Below are positions 1 to 9,504 of a stretch of DNA of 64,000 bases, one piece after another. Source of the stretch: an uncultured delta proteobacterium (GTDB lineage Bacteria > Myxococcota_A > Polyangia > Polyangiales > Houyiibacteriaceae); contig CAVOVB010000001.1 of assembly GCA_963699755.1 (NCBI GenBank), positions 576,001 through 640,000 on the forward strand, written 5' to 3'. Under the pieces are notes generated by a model. That model saw only the letters and a program-made list of their open reading frames with translations, was not told the origin of the DNA and searched no databases. The first letter of the stretch is position 1. Every line of letters starts with the position of its first letter. Both the position numbers and the translations under genes were made by a program.

Positions 1-2105
1 TCCGCGGAACACGCGCATACGTGACGTTCGACCTAGGCAAGACGACAGCGATCGAGGCCGCGTACCTCCAAGGGGACAACAACGATCGGTTTATCCTCGA
101 AACCTCGGAGGATGGCGCGCGGTTCGCGACGCTCTGGGAGGTACCCGCCGTGGGCCCGCAGGGGCTTCGCGCCCGCTGGGCCGCTGGGCTCGGCGGAAGC
201 GGCCGCTTCGTGCGGCTGAGCGCCATCGGTGGGGACCCATGGGTGAGCGTCAGCGAGATTCAACTTTTCTCGGCGACGCCGGCGGTCTGGCCGCCGAAGA
301 TCCCCCTGCGAACGGAGCTGCGCTCGTCACTTTGGGCGCGACTCGCGATCTTGTTGTTCGGGGTGATCGCGACCCTGGCGGTGGTCTTCCACCGTCGGGA
401 CTCTCGGAGGCTGCTATCGAACATCCTCTGGGTGGCGACCGTCGTTTGCGCAGGGTTTGTCGCCTATCTGATTTCCGCGATCTGGCCGGCGGAGGTCAGC
501 GTGATCGATGCGTCGCGCGCCATCTGCGCTGCAGTGTCGTGCGCGGTGGTCTTCCGGCTCGGGTTCCGACCCGAGCAGGCGCGAAAACAACTGCTAACCG
601 GCTTACTTGCCTCCATGGCCTTCGTGTCGATCCTGACCTTCTACAACTTCGGCCACCCGCAGTTCTACGATGTCGCGGCGAAAAAGCCCTCCTACGTCCA
701 TACCTGGGACCTGCGTGTCTACTTTCCGTTCGTGAAGTACTTCGACGAGCTGGGCTACGACGGAGTCTATCTCGCAAGCGTGAAAGCCTACGCCGACGAC
801 GAGCTCGGTGGGTCGCTAGACCGCATCCAGGACACCCAGCTTCGCGACCTTCGAGACTACGAAATGCGCGGTGTTTCCGAAGTTGCAGAAGAGATCCACG
901 GCGTGAAGAACCGCTTCTCGGCCGAGCGGTGGACCGAGTTCAAGCAGGACATGTCCTACTTCTGGAACACGATGGGATCACGGGCCTACTTGGAGAGCCT
1001 GCGCGACCATGGCGGCAACGCCACACCCGCCTGGTTGCTCGTCGCTCACCTGATGTACGGCTCCGCGGATGCGAGCGAAGCGACGTTCCTCTGGGGTGCG
1101 CTCGTGGACCCGCTCCTCCTGCTGATTTTTTTCTTCGTGGCGTGGCGCACCTTTGGCCTGCGAGCGGCGCTCGTCTGCCTGGTCGCCTACGGAGCGACGA
1201 CGATCTATCAGTTTGGCAGCAACTGGGGCGGCTCCACACTCCGAAACGATTGGATGGTCTTGCTAGGGCTCGGCGTGTGCGCGCTCGAGTCACGGCGGCT
1301 GTTTCTTGCGGGGGTGCTCCTCGGCTGGGGCGCTATGATTCGGGCGTTTCCCGTGCTGGCGCTCGTGTTCTTGGCGGCGCCCATCGCTTGGAGGCTGCTG
1401 GTGGTCCATCGGCAACGCCGTGAAGAACCGAACGCCGACGCGCGTCCGTTCGAGCAATTGTTTCCGCTATTCAAAGTCGCGGCCGGGGTTGCCGTGGTGG
1501 TCGTGGCGCTCGGAGCCTTGTCTGCCGGCAAGTTCGGAATCGAGGAGTCCTGGGGCGCCTGGTCCCAGAAGATCTCGATGCACGCGACCAGACCCAACAT
1601 CAATCACATCGGGCTCACCGCCTCGCTCAGCTACGAGCCCGACAACCTTTGGGGCAACCTCCGCGCGCGAGGCATCGACCCGGAGCAGTGGGGACCGCTG
1701 ACGGCGCAAACGATGAAAGACCGACGATGGCTCATCGTCACCGGCATGCTGTTCTACACCTTGCTCGCGGTATTCGCTTGCCGGAGATCGAGACTCTCGG
1801 ACGCAGCCGTGATCGGCACCATGATGATCCCCATCTATTTCTACCCGGCGAACTACTACCTACACATCCTCTTCATCTGGCCGCTGCTTCTCGCCGCGAG
1901 GACCGGGCCGAATGGGAGTCGGGATTGGTCACTGATCGCGGCAGCGGTACTCGGATTCTGCTCACTTCAGTGGTTTGGTTGGCTCATACCGGGCCGTTAC
2001 GGGCAGTTCACGCTCTGGAGCGGAATGCTCCTCGGCCTGATCGCTGTCCTGCTCGTCATCGCAATCGCTGCGAGCAGGAGGTCACTTATTTCCGAAACTG
2101 CTTGA
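1..2105 (+). CDS. Polytopic membrane protein (5'-partial): discoidin/F5-8C-like domain followed by a GT-C-like glycosyltransferase membrane region
   Basis: Frame is open to the window edge (RGTRAYVTFDLG). FDLG...SEDG...RFVRL...VSEIQLF is a discoidin-like pattern, followed by many hydrophobic segments and an acidic loop (KYFDELGYDGVY). Confidence 0.55.
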   Translation, partial: RGTRAYVTFDLGKTTAIEAAYLQGDNNDRFILETSEDGARFATLWEVPAVGPQGLRARWAAGLGGSGRFVRLSAIGGDPWVSVSEIQLFSATPAVWPPKIPLRTELRSSLWARLAILLFGVIATLAVVFHRRDSRRLLSNILWVATVVCAGFVAYLISAIWPAEVSVIDASRAICAAVSCAVVFRLGFRPEQARKQLLTGLLASMAFVSILTFYNFGHPQFYDVAAKKPSYVHTWDLRVYFPFVKYFDELGYDGVYLASVKAYADDELGGSLDRIQDTQLRDLRDYEMRGVSEVAEEIHGVKNRFSAERWTEFKQDMSYFWNTMGSRAYLESLRDHGGNATPAWLLVAHLMYGSADASEATFLWGALVDPLLLLIFFFVAWRTFGLRAALVCLVAYGATTIYQFGSNWGGSTLRNDWMVLLGLGVCALESRRLFLAGVLLGWGAMIRAFPVLALVFLAAPIAWRLLVVHRQRREEPNADARPFEQLFPLFKVAAGVAVVVVALGALSAGKFGIEESWGAWSQKISMHATRPNINHIGLTASLSYEPDNLWGNLRARGIDPEQWGPLTAQTMKDRRWLIVTGMLFYTLLAVFACRRSRLSDAAVIGTMMIPIYFYPANYYLHILFIWPLLLAARTGPNGSRDWSLIAAAVLGFCSLQWFGWLIPGRYGQFTLWSGMLLGLIAVLLVIAIAASRRSLISETA

Positions 2106-2859
2106 AGTCGGGCGAGCGCCTCTCCATGAATGCGGAGAATGCTTCCATGTTGGCTACCGAGCCCATCAGCTCGGCGAAACCGTCCATTTCGAGCTTCCGC
2201 GCGAGCGCGACCTTGTCGTCGTGCATCGCCTTCATGATGCGTTTGATCGCCACCAGCGAGTCGATCGGCCACTGCGCCATCTCGCGGGCCTTTTCGATCG
2301 CCTTCGGCAAGAGCTCGTCATCTGCGAATACCTGGGTTGCGATGCCATACTCAAGCGCCTTGTCTGCCCCGAAGAGCTCGGCGGTGAACAAGAGCTCGGC
2401 GGCCTGCTTGGGGCCGATCGTGGCCGGACCCAGGTACGCGGCAGCAGCTTCGGTGACGAGCCCGAGGCTGACGAATGGGAAGCGCAACTTCGCACTCTGC
2501 CCGAGGTAGACGACGTCGGCATGAAAGAGCACGGTCGCGCCGAAACCAATCGCGCATCCCTTCGCGGCACAAACCAACGGCTTATCGAACGCGCAGATCG
2601 AGTCCATCATCAGCTCGAACGGCGGCTCCTGGTCCCGGTTCATGTCGATCGCGGAGAGATCGAGCCCCGAGCTGAAATCCTCGCCTGCGCCAGTGAGCAA
2701 GACCACAGCAACCCGCGGGTTCTCCATCGCTTCAGCAAACGCATCCCGAAGCGCAAGGAACGCCTCCGAGTCGAAAGCGTTCCGTCGTTCGGGGCGGTTC
2801 ATGGTCAGCGTGAGAACACCCTCGTCGTCGAGATGGGTCAAGACCTTTGCGTCGGACAT
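2086..2859 (-). CDS. Crotonase-family protein (enoyl-CoA hydratase/isomerase)
   Basis: LTMNRPERRNAF, FSSGLDL and KPLVCAAKGCAIGFG motifs; single Glu in LVTEAA resembles delta3-delta2 isomerases. Confidence 0.9.
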   Translation of the reverse strand: MSDAKVLTHLDDEGVLTLTMNRPERRNAFDSEAFLALRDAFAEAMENPRVAVVLLTGAGEDFSSGLDLSAIDMNRDQEPPFELMMDSICAFDKPLVCAAKGCAIGFGATVLFHADVVYLGQSAKLRFPFVSLGLVTEAAAAYLGPATIGPKQAAELLFTAELFGADKALEYGIATQVFADDELLPKAIEKAREMAQWPIDSLVAIKRIMKAMHDDKVALARKLEMDGFAELMGSVANMEAFSAFMERRSPDFKQFRK

Positions 2860-2931
2860 GGGAGCTCAGTAGCACATTCGCGGACGAATCGCGGCGCGAC
2901 CGAATGCGTCAGCGACTGTGTTGCGCGACTG

Positions 2932-3573
2932 CTAAAAAGCCCGTCCCCCGTTCTCCCGCATCAGCATCAGCAAGTTCTTCAAGATCACCGGGCGCACCTC
3001 CCCGCTCTCGAGCGTTCCCGCATGCAGCAAATGGACCGGCCGAAAGACGTGTGACGCGCCGATGAGCTCGCCATCTTGACTCCAGGCGGTGGCCCCGAAC
3101 TCGGAGCTGAGCTCGGATGCGGGGAAGCGGTCTCCCGCTGGGAGCGCGAGACGGAACTTCGTCGGCAGCCCCGCGAATAGCCCCTCGTTCGCCGAGCCGA
3201 TATCGACCAAACGGCCGTCGACCCGGTCCTCCGAGACGTCAGCGCGCTTGGAGCCGAAGAATTCGGCGACGGGCAGGACGGCCGATCCAACCGCCAGGAC
3301 TGTTGCACCATTCCAGCACAGTTGGTGCGTCCATTCTCGCAGACGCTCGGCTCGCGTGGCGCCGGGTCGCGTCGCGATCACCGCGAGACCGCCTGGATCG
3401 GAGAGCACGCTCGAAGAGGAGAGCAGAGGCGCCTCGGCCACGTCAAAACCGTGGACACGAAGGTCGACCGCGAGCTGGAACGCCGAGCCGTCATGCACGA
3501 CGGTCGCCTTTCGCTCTCGTGCTCTGATTCGGGAATGTCTGTCCTGGGCTTGTTTTCTATCTGTTCGTGCCAT
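2932..3573 (-). CDS. Class I glutamine amidotransferase (TrpG/PabA)-fold protein lacking catalytic residues
   Basis: Aligns by eye to TrpG throughout (IATRPG~ISPGPG, GLFAGLP, TAWSQDGELIGASH~TAWTEDGEIMGVRH, ILKNLL), but GVCLG reads AVGSA and FHPE is absent. Confidence 0.7.
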   Translation of the reverse strand: MARTDRKQAQDRHSRIRARERKATVVHDGSAFQLAVDLRVHGFDVAEAPLLSSSSVLSDPGGLAVIATRPGATRAERLREWTHQLCWNGATVLAVGSAVLPVAEFFGSKRADVSEDRVDGRLVDIGSANEGLFAGLPTKFRLALPAGDRFPASELSSEFGATAWSQDGELIGASHVFRPVHLLHAGTLESGEVRPVILKNLLMLMRENGGRAF

Positions 3574-3620
3574 CGTTTGGGCTCCCAGCCCCTCTCACGA
3601 CAGCCTCAGATGGTTAAATC

Positions 3621-3648
3621 AAAAAGGCCGCCCTGAGAGGCGGCCCTT
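3621..3648 (-). terminator. Rho-independent terminator of the attenuator
   Basis: Minus strand AAGGGCCGCCTCTCAGGGCGGCCTTTTT: GC stem followed by a U5 tract, upstream of the TrpG-like start. Confidence 0.85.
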
Positions 3649-3672
3649 GAGCGACAACGCGCGCAGGCCACC

Positions 3673-3720
3673 TCAGTCGGTGAACCAAAAAAAGTAGCGG
3701 TTGTCGCGGTAGGTATTCAT
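3673..3720 (-). CDS. Attenuator leader peptide MNTYRDNRYFFWFTD (15 aa)
   Basis: ATG AAT ACC TAC CGC GAC AAC CGC TAC TTT TTT TGG TTC ACC GAC TGA; five consecutive aromatic codons, located between a promoter and a terminator. Confidence 0.85.
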   Translation of the reverse strand: MNTYRDNRYFFWFTD

Positions 3721-3730
3721 CTCTGGGGTG

Positions 3731-3758
3731 ATTTTACGGCAGTTGACGGAGGCGTCAA
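3731..3758 (-). promoter_or_regulatory. Sigma70-type promoter of the leader
   Basis: TTGACG-N16-TAAAAT on the minus strand, ending 10 nt before the leader ATG. Confidence 0.7.
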
Positions 3759-4609
3759 GCACCCGACCAGCGGCCCGCGGAAACTAGTGGAAACTCAGCC
3801 GCATTACCTAGAAAGACGTACGTCCATGCGAGCACTGGTCCGCCGGACGTCGCGGCGGTGATGAGGGAACGTCGGTAGAGCGAGCCATCGATGTCATAGC
3901 CCGTGAAGTCCTCATAAGAGTCGAGCTCTTCGAGCGTCGCCGTGATGTCGTCGACTCCGTAGAGCTCCCCGTGAACCGTGCCGGAGTCGCTGAGCACGAG
4001 CCCTGGGTACCAGTCGATCTGAACGAGCGTTGCATTGGCCACGCGAGCGGCGCCGTGCGTGCGTCTGACTCTGGGTGCCAACAAATCATGGCTACGCTCG
4101 CCCTTCATCAGAGTGCCGTAGGTGAAGATCGTATCGGGTTGCGGCGAAGCTGCGATCCCATCGGCTGCAGCCAGGAATCCATCGTGCCGATGCCCAAACC
4201 TCGATAAGCCACGCGTGACGATCTTCCGATACTCCGCCCCGGGGGGCACGAACGGCCCCAATCGCTCCTCGCAAACGCAGTAGGTCCTCGCCGAGTGAGC
4301 ACGCCCGTCTTCGGTCAACGCCGTGACGGAAACGCGGCGGTAGTAGCCCCCAGACACGCCTTCCTTCGCGTCGAGGCCATCCCAATCATGGACGCGAAAG
4401 AGAGCGCCCGGAATCGCGGCGCCGAGCCGCGGACGAACATCGAGAGCCCCTCCTTTTCGAAGGCGTGACCGATAGTGAAAGACCAGCTCGTGATCGGGGA
4501 GCCAAGCGGGCCCGAGCGCTTCGATCGAGCTCGGGTCGTAACCTTCCTTGGCGCACCAGAGGTTCCAGTTCTCGGAGTCGAGATTGGAACCGTAGGCGAA
4601 GTAGAGCAT
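3755..4609 (-). CDS. Tandem two-domain gamma-glutamylcyclotransferase (AIG2-like) protein
   Basis: Two GGCT signatures (LYFAYGSNL...LDAKEG and IFTYGTLMKG...LDSYE); start moved to ATG 4609. Confidence 0.85.
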   Translation of the reverse strand: MLYFAYGSNLDSENWNLWCAKEGYDPSSIEALGPAWLPDHELVFHYRSRLRKGGALDVRPRLGAAIPGALFRVHDWDGLDAKEGVSGGYYRRVSVTALTEDGRAHSARTYCVCEERLGPFVPPGAEYRKIVTRGLSRFGHRHDGFLAAADGIAASPQPDTIFTYGTLMKGERSHDLLAPRVRRTHGAARVANATLVQIDWYPGLVLSDSGTVHGELYGVDDITATLEELDSYEDFTGYDIDGSLYRRSLITAATSGGPVLAWTYVFLGNAAEFPLVSAGRWSGA

Positions 4610-4686
4610 GCCGCAGTGTAGCACCGGCGCAGATGCCAACGCTGGCACTGGCACTGTCGCTGTCCCTGACATAGGCTCGGCCCGCA

Positions 4687-5304
4687 ATGGCGCGAGACCT
4701 CTCAGGGCGATGCGGAAGCTGCGGTTGGTACATCCGCAAACGCGAAGAGCCCGACGGGTCATGGGTCGGCGATTGCCGACTTGGACAGGGCCGCTGGCCG
4801 CTCAACGACATGGCGACCTGTTCGAGTCACAAGTCCAAAGACATTCCCTGGGACCAGGCCCTCAAGCGAAAACCGGCGGCGGGCACGCCCCGGCACTATC
4901 GGGATGAGCCGGCGCCGAAACCGCGGCCGATCATTCCTTCAGAGATTGGAATCGACATGGATCAAGAAACCTTTCGACAAGTGCTGCGCGAAGTTCTTCT
5001 CGACGAGCTCGGTATTCGCGAGGTCGAGCTGGGCGATCGCTGGAACGATGGCGAGCTGGTGCTCGTTCCCGGCAAAGAGGGAACCCAAGAAAAGCGGATC
5101 CCCTTGGACGTCTTCTTCAAGAAGATAGTAATGGTCCGCGACAAGCTCCGCGTTCTCGAACAAAAGGTGAACGGCAACAAGAACCTGAGCGACGAAGAGA
5201 AGGTCCAGCTTCAGCAATACATCACCGGCTGCTATGGATCGCTGACGACCTTCAACGTGCTGTTCAAGAGGAAAGAGGACCAGTTCGCTGGTCAGAAGAA
5301 GTAG
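4687..5304 (+). CDS. Hypothetical protein with an N-terminal Cys-rich putative metal-binding motif
   Basis: CGSC...C...C at the N-terminus, helical C-terminal domain, clean coding bias. Confidence 0.7.
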   Translation: MARDLSGRCGSCGWYIRKREEPDGSWVGDCRLGQGRWPLNDMATCSSHKSKDIPWDQALKRKPAAGTPRHYRDEPAPKPRPIIPSEIGIDMDQETFRQVLREVLLDELGIREVELGDRWNDGELVLVPGKEGTQEKRIPLDVFFKKIVMVRDKLRVLEQKVNGNKNLSDEEKVQLQQYITGCYGSLTTFNVLFKRKEDQFAGQKK

Positions 5305-5367
5305 TCCGGGAAGGGTCAAACGAACGAGCCGGTCTCCCATCTTGCGATTGACGCGCGACGCGAGCGC

Positions 5368-5832
5368 CTAGATCATCCCCAGCTCGAGCCTCGCCGCCTC
5401 GGTCATCCGATCCGGCGTCCAGGGTGGGTCCCAGACGAGCTCGACGTGCGACGTCGACACTCCTTCTACGCGACCCGACTTTTCGGCGACCTCCTCTACG
5501 ATTGCGCCGGCCACGGGACAGGCTGGCGCAGTGAGGGTCATGCGGATTTCAGCCCGGCCGTTTTCGTCGACCTCGACGCCGTAGATCAAACCAAGATCGT
5601 AGATGTTGACGGGAATCTCTGGGTCGTAAATCGTTTCCAGCGCTTCGACGATCGCAGCTTCGACGAGCTTCGGATCGATTGGCGTGGCCGGCTTCTCCCC
5701 GCTCCCGCCGAGGGCCTCGGTGATCCGCTCCGTCGGCGGATGGTGCGGCTCGGTCACGGGCAGGAACACGTGGTCCGACGTGCTGCGCGGCTGGATCTTG
5801 TGGATCTTCAAGCGTTCGATGTCGTCGCCCAC
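5368..5832 (-). CDS. sufT: DUF59 Fe-S assembly protein SufT
   Basis: IYDPEIPVNIYDLGLIY, MTLTAPACP, VWDPPW; probable GTG start at 5832. Confidence 0.9.
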   Translation of the reverse strand: MGDDIERLKIHKIQPRSTSDHVFLPVTEPHHPPTERITEALGGSGEKPATPIDPKLVEAAIVEALETIYDPEIPVNIYDLGLIYGVEVDENGRAEIRMTLTAPACPVAGAIVEEVAEKSGRVEGVSTSHVELVWDPPWTPDRMTEAARLELGMI

Positions 5833-5836
5833 AGTC

Positions 5837-6286
5837 CTACTCCGTCCTTGCTTCGCCACTCTCGTTGCGAAGAGCTTGGTTGAGGGTGTGCCAGCCAAGC
5901 GTCGCGCATTTGACGCGCATTGGGAACTCGCGGACACCGGCGAAGACGGCCAGCTTGCCGAGGTCTTCGACGTCGTCCTCGGAGCTGTCTTCGCTCGTGA
6001 GCATCCTGTGAAACGTCGAAAACAGTGCCTCGGCTTCGGAAACCGTCTTGCCTTTGATCGCCTCTGTCATCGTGGAGCAGGACGCTTGGGAGATGGCGCA
6101 TCCCTGCCCGATGAAACCGACATCGGTAATCGTTTCGCCGTCGAGCTGGAGGCGGAGTGTGATCTTGTCTCCGCAGAGAGGGTTGTAGCCACGTCCTTCT
6201 CGATTGTACGGCTCGGGAAACCTGTGGTTCCGAGGGTTCTTTCCGTGATCGAGGATCACTTCCTGATAGAGCTCACGAAGGTCCAT
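5837..6286 (-). CDS. sufU: SufU (NifU-type) scaffold / sulfur-transfer protein
   Basis: LYQEVILDH, NPLCGD, GCAISQAS, RVKCATL. Confidence 0.95.
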   Translation of the reverse strand: MDLRELYQEVILDHGKNPRNHRFPEPYNREGRGYNPLCGDKITLRLQLDGETITDVGFIGQGCAISQASCSTMTEAIKGKTVSEAEALFSTFHRMLTSEDSSEDDVEDLGKLAVFAGVREFPMRVKCATLGWHTLNQALRNESGEARTE

Positions 6287-7542
6287 CAGCCAAATAGCTC
6301 CTGCACTTTGTGAAGTGCGCGGACCAGGACGTCGATGTCGTCTGTCGTGTTGTACATGCCCAGCGAAGCACGCGCGGTCGCGGCGAGGCCGAAGTGCTCC
6401 ATGACCGGCTGCGCGCAGTGGTGCCCGGTGCGAATCGCAACGCCCTCGGAATCGACGATCGTCCCGACGTCATGCGGGTGCGCTGAATCCATCAAGAACG
6501 AAAGGACCGCCCGCTTGCCCGGCGCCGTTCCGATGAAGCGCAGCCCCGGCACCGCCTCGAGCCTTTCGGTCGCGTACCGCAAAACCGCTTCCTCGTGCGT
6601 CTGGACCAATGCCGCGTCAAAGGAAGACAAGTAGTCGATGGCGGCCCCGAGGCCGATCGCGCCAGCGATGTTCGGCGTCCCCGCCTCGAACTTGTAGGGA
6701 AGGTCGTTGTAGATCGTCTCTTCAAAGGTTACCGAGCGAATCATGTCACCGCCGCCCTGATACGGCGGCATCCTGTCCAGGAGCCGTTCCTTGCCGTAGA
6801 GCACGCCAATGCCGGTTGGGCCGTAGAGCTTGTGGCCACTGAAGGCATAGAAGTCGCAGCCGAGCGCCTGCACGTCGACGTCGACGTGCGAAACCGCCTG
6901 CGCCCCGTCGAGCAAAACCAATGCGCCGCGCTCGTGTGCGAGCGCGATCAGCTCGGACACCGGAAGCAAAGTACCGAGGGCGTTCGAAACGTGTGCCATT
7001 GCGACCAAGCGTGTGCGATCGCTGAGCTTGTGCTCGAAAGCCTCTCGCAGTATTTCGCCTCGGTCGGTCATCGGCACGACGACGAGCTTCGCGCCCGTCT
7101 GCTGGCATAGGATCTGCCACGGCACGATGTTCGAGTGGTGCTCGAGCTCGGTCACCAAAACCTCGTCGCCTTCTCGAAGCGAGCTGCGCCCCCAGCTTTG
7201 CGACACGAGGTTGATTCCCTCGGTCGTTCCCCTGGTGAACACGATCTCGGACTTCTTCGCTGCGTTCAAGAAGGCGCGGACTTTCTCGCGCGCATCTTCG
7301 TATCGGAGCGTCGCCCTCTGCGAGAGCAGATGAACCCCTCGGTGGATGTTGGCACAGTCTCTTGCATAGACCTCGTCCACCGCATCGATGACCGATTGCG
7401 GCTTGAGGGAAGTGGCTGCGCTATCGAGATAGACCAAGGGCTTGCCGTGCACATCCTGGTGAAGCGCCGGAAAGTCTTCGCGCACACGCCGAACGTCGAA
7501 CATCACAGGCGCGCAAGCTGTCATGGGCAACACCTCGGTCAC
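6286..7542 (-). CDS. sufS: Cysteine desulfurase SufS
   Basis: YLDSAAT, FSGHK (PLP Lys), RTGHHCAQP (group II). Confidence 0.97.
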   Translation of the reverse strand: MTEVLPMTACAPVMFDVRRVREDFPALHQDVHGKPLVYLDSAATSLKPQSVIDAVDEVYARDCANIHRGVHLLSQRATLRYEDAREKVRAFLNAAKKSEIVFTRGTTEGINLVSQSWGRSSLREGDEVLVTELEHHSNIVPWQILCQQTGAKLVVVPMTDRGEILREAFEHKLSDRTRLVAMAHVSNALGTLLPVSELIALAHERGALVLLDGAQAVSHVDVDVQALGCDFYAFSGHKLYGPTGIGVLYGKERLLDRMPPYQGGGDMIRSVTFEETIYNDLPYKFEAGTPNIAGAIGLGAAIDYLSSFDAALVQTHEEAVLRYATERLEAVPGLRFIGTAPGKRAVLSFLMDSAHPHDVGTIVDSEGVAIRTGHHCAQPVMEHFGLAATARASLGMYNTTDDIDVLVRALHKVQELFG

Positions 7543-8756
7543 GTAACCCCTCGAATCTCTTCTCCGTACGGAATTCGCGCGAGTAGCGCCTCCCGCATGC
7601 GCGCCCGTGTCGCGTCGTGGCTGACGCGGTCCACGATCGACTCCAAGAACGCATAGGTCAGCATCGCGCGAGCAAGATCTTCGGGGACGCCACGAGCGCG
7701 GAGATAGAAGAGCTGGCTGTCGTCGAGCGCGCCTACTGTAGCCCCGTGGCTGCAGATCACGTCGTCTGCGTCGATCTCGAGGTGCGGCTTCGTGTGAACG
7801 GTAGCCGTGTCGGAGAGAAGCAGGTTGCGATTCTCCTGATGCGCCTCCGTCTTTTGAGCATCGCGATGGACGATGACGACGCCGTCGAACACGGCGGTGC
7901 CCTTCCCCGAAACGATTCCGCGGTAGGTTTGCGTGCTCTGGCAGTGAGAGGCCTGATGCTCGACCAAGGTGTGATGGTCGACGTGGTCATCTCCCTCGAG
8001 CAGATATGCGCCGTCGAGCTGGCATTGCGCGCCCTTGCCTTGCAGCAGGCAGCGAACATCGAAGCGCAAGAGGGCGCCGCCCAAGGTGATCACGGTCGAG
8101 CGGTATCGGCTGTCGGCAGCCTGGCGGACGTCGACACGGCCGACCTGCAGGCCGGCGTTCTCGTGCACGCGAACGTGGCTCATCTTGGCATTGCGACCCA
8201 GGTCGACCTCGACCACCGCGTTGCTGAGCTGCCCCGACTCGGTCCCCGAGTAGGTTTCAATCAGAGTCAGCTCGGCGCCCTCACCCAAGGTGACGAGCAC
8301 CCGCGGGTAGACGACACCAGGCTCTCTGGACGTCGGAATCCTGTGGCTGATCTCGAGCGGCTCCGACGCAAGCGTATCGGGGGGAACGTCGATCCAAAGC
8401 CCGTCGCGGAACAGAGCTGTGTTGAGCGCAGCGAAGTGGCTGGGCACGCCTCCCAAGTCCAGCCGCGCTTGTAGAAGCTCGGGCTGTCCTTCGAGGACCT
8501 CGGCCAGATGGCGGACTGAGACCCCATCTGGAAGCGCCGAGACCAGCGACGGAACACCCCGGTCGTCGACGGAAAACTCGGTCTCGACGAGCGACCGCAC
8601 CGGCGTGAAGCGCCAAGCTTCGGTGCGTTTGGTCGGAAGGCCTTGCTCGCGAAGCGCATCGGCCGCACGCCCCCGAAGCACCCGCAACCAATCGGGTCCC
8701 GTATCGAAGGAGGAGGGAAGGCTCGCGAGCAGCGTCTGGCGGTTCGCGTCCGTCAC
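7539..8756 (-). CDS. sufD: Fe-S assembly protein SufD
   Basis: EAWRFT, KPHLEIDADDVICSHGATVG, LFYLRARG. Confidence 0.95.
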   Translation of the reverse strand: MTDANRQTLLASLPSSFDTGPDWLRVLRGRAADALREQGLPTKRTEAWRFTPVRSLVETEFSVDDRGVPSLVSALPDGVSVRHLAEVLEGQPELLQARLDLGGVPSHFAALNTALFRDGLWIDVPPDTLASEPLEISHRIPTSREPGVVYPRVLVTLGEGAELTLIETYSGTESGQLSNAVVEVDLGRNAKMSHVRVHENAGLQVGRVDVRQAADSRYRSTVITLGGALLRFDVRCLLQGKGAQCQLDGAYLLEGDDHVDHHTLVEHQASHCQSTQTYRGIVSGKGTAVFDGVVIVHRDAQKTEAHQENRNLLLSDTATVHTKPHLEIDADDVICSHGATVGALDDSQLFYLRARGVPEDLARAMLTYAFLESIVDRVSHDATRARMREALLARIPYGEEIRGVT

Positions 8757-9504
8757 AGCCGAGATGCTTCCCGGACCTCGCTGTACCCCTCTTTCTCGAG
8801 ACGCTTGGCGAGGTCCTTGTCGCCGGTTCGAACGATCTGTCCGTCGATCAGCACATGCACGACATCTGGAACGATGTAGTCGAGCAGACGTTGGTAGTGC
8901 GTGATGACCAACATGGCCCGATCCGGAGCGCGCAGGCCATTTACCCCTTCGGCCACAACCTTGAGCGCATCGATGTCGAGACCGGAGTCCGTCTCATCGA
9001 GCACTGCGAGCGAGGGCTCTAGCATGGCCATCTGAAAGATTTCGTTGCGCTTCTTCTCGCCACCGCTGAACCCATCGTTGACCGAGCGCTTGGTGAGCTC
9101 GTCAGGGAGCTGAACCAGCGCCGCTTTCTTCTTCGCGAGCTTCATGAAATCGATCGCGTCCAGAGGAGCCTCCCCGCGGTGCTTTCGAATCGCGTTGAGC
9201 GCGGCCTTGAGGAAGTAGATGTTGCTCACACCTGGAATCGCGACCGGATATTGAAAGCCCAAGAAGACGCCCTCCGCGGCGCGTTGCTCTGGCGGCATCT
9301 CGAGTAGGTCTCGGCCTTTGTACGTCACGCGGCCTTTCGTGACTTCGTAGCCATCGCGGCCAGCAAGCACATATGCAAGCGTGCTCTTCCCAGAGCCATT
9401 CGGCCCCATGATCGCGTGCACTTGCCCTGCCTCGACCTCGAGATTGATCCCCTTGAGGATGGGCTTGCCATCTACCTCGACGTGCAGGTCCTCGATCTTC
9501 AACA

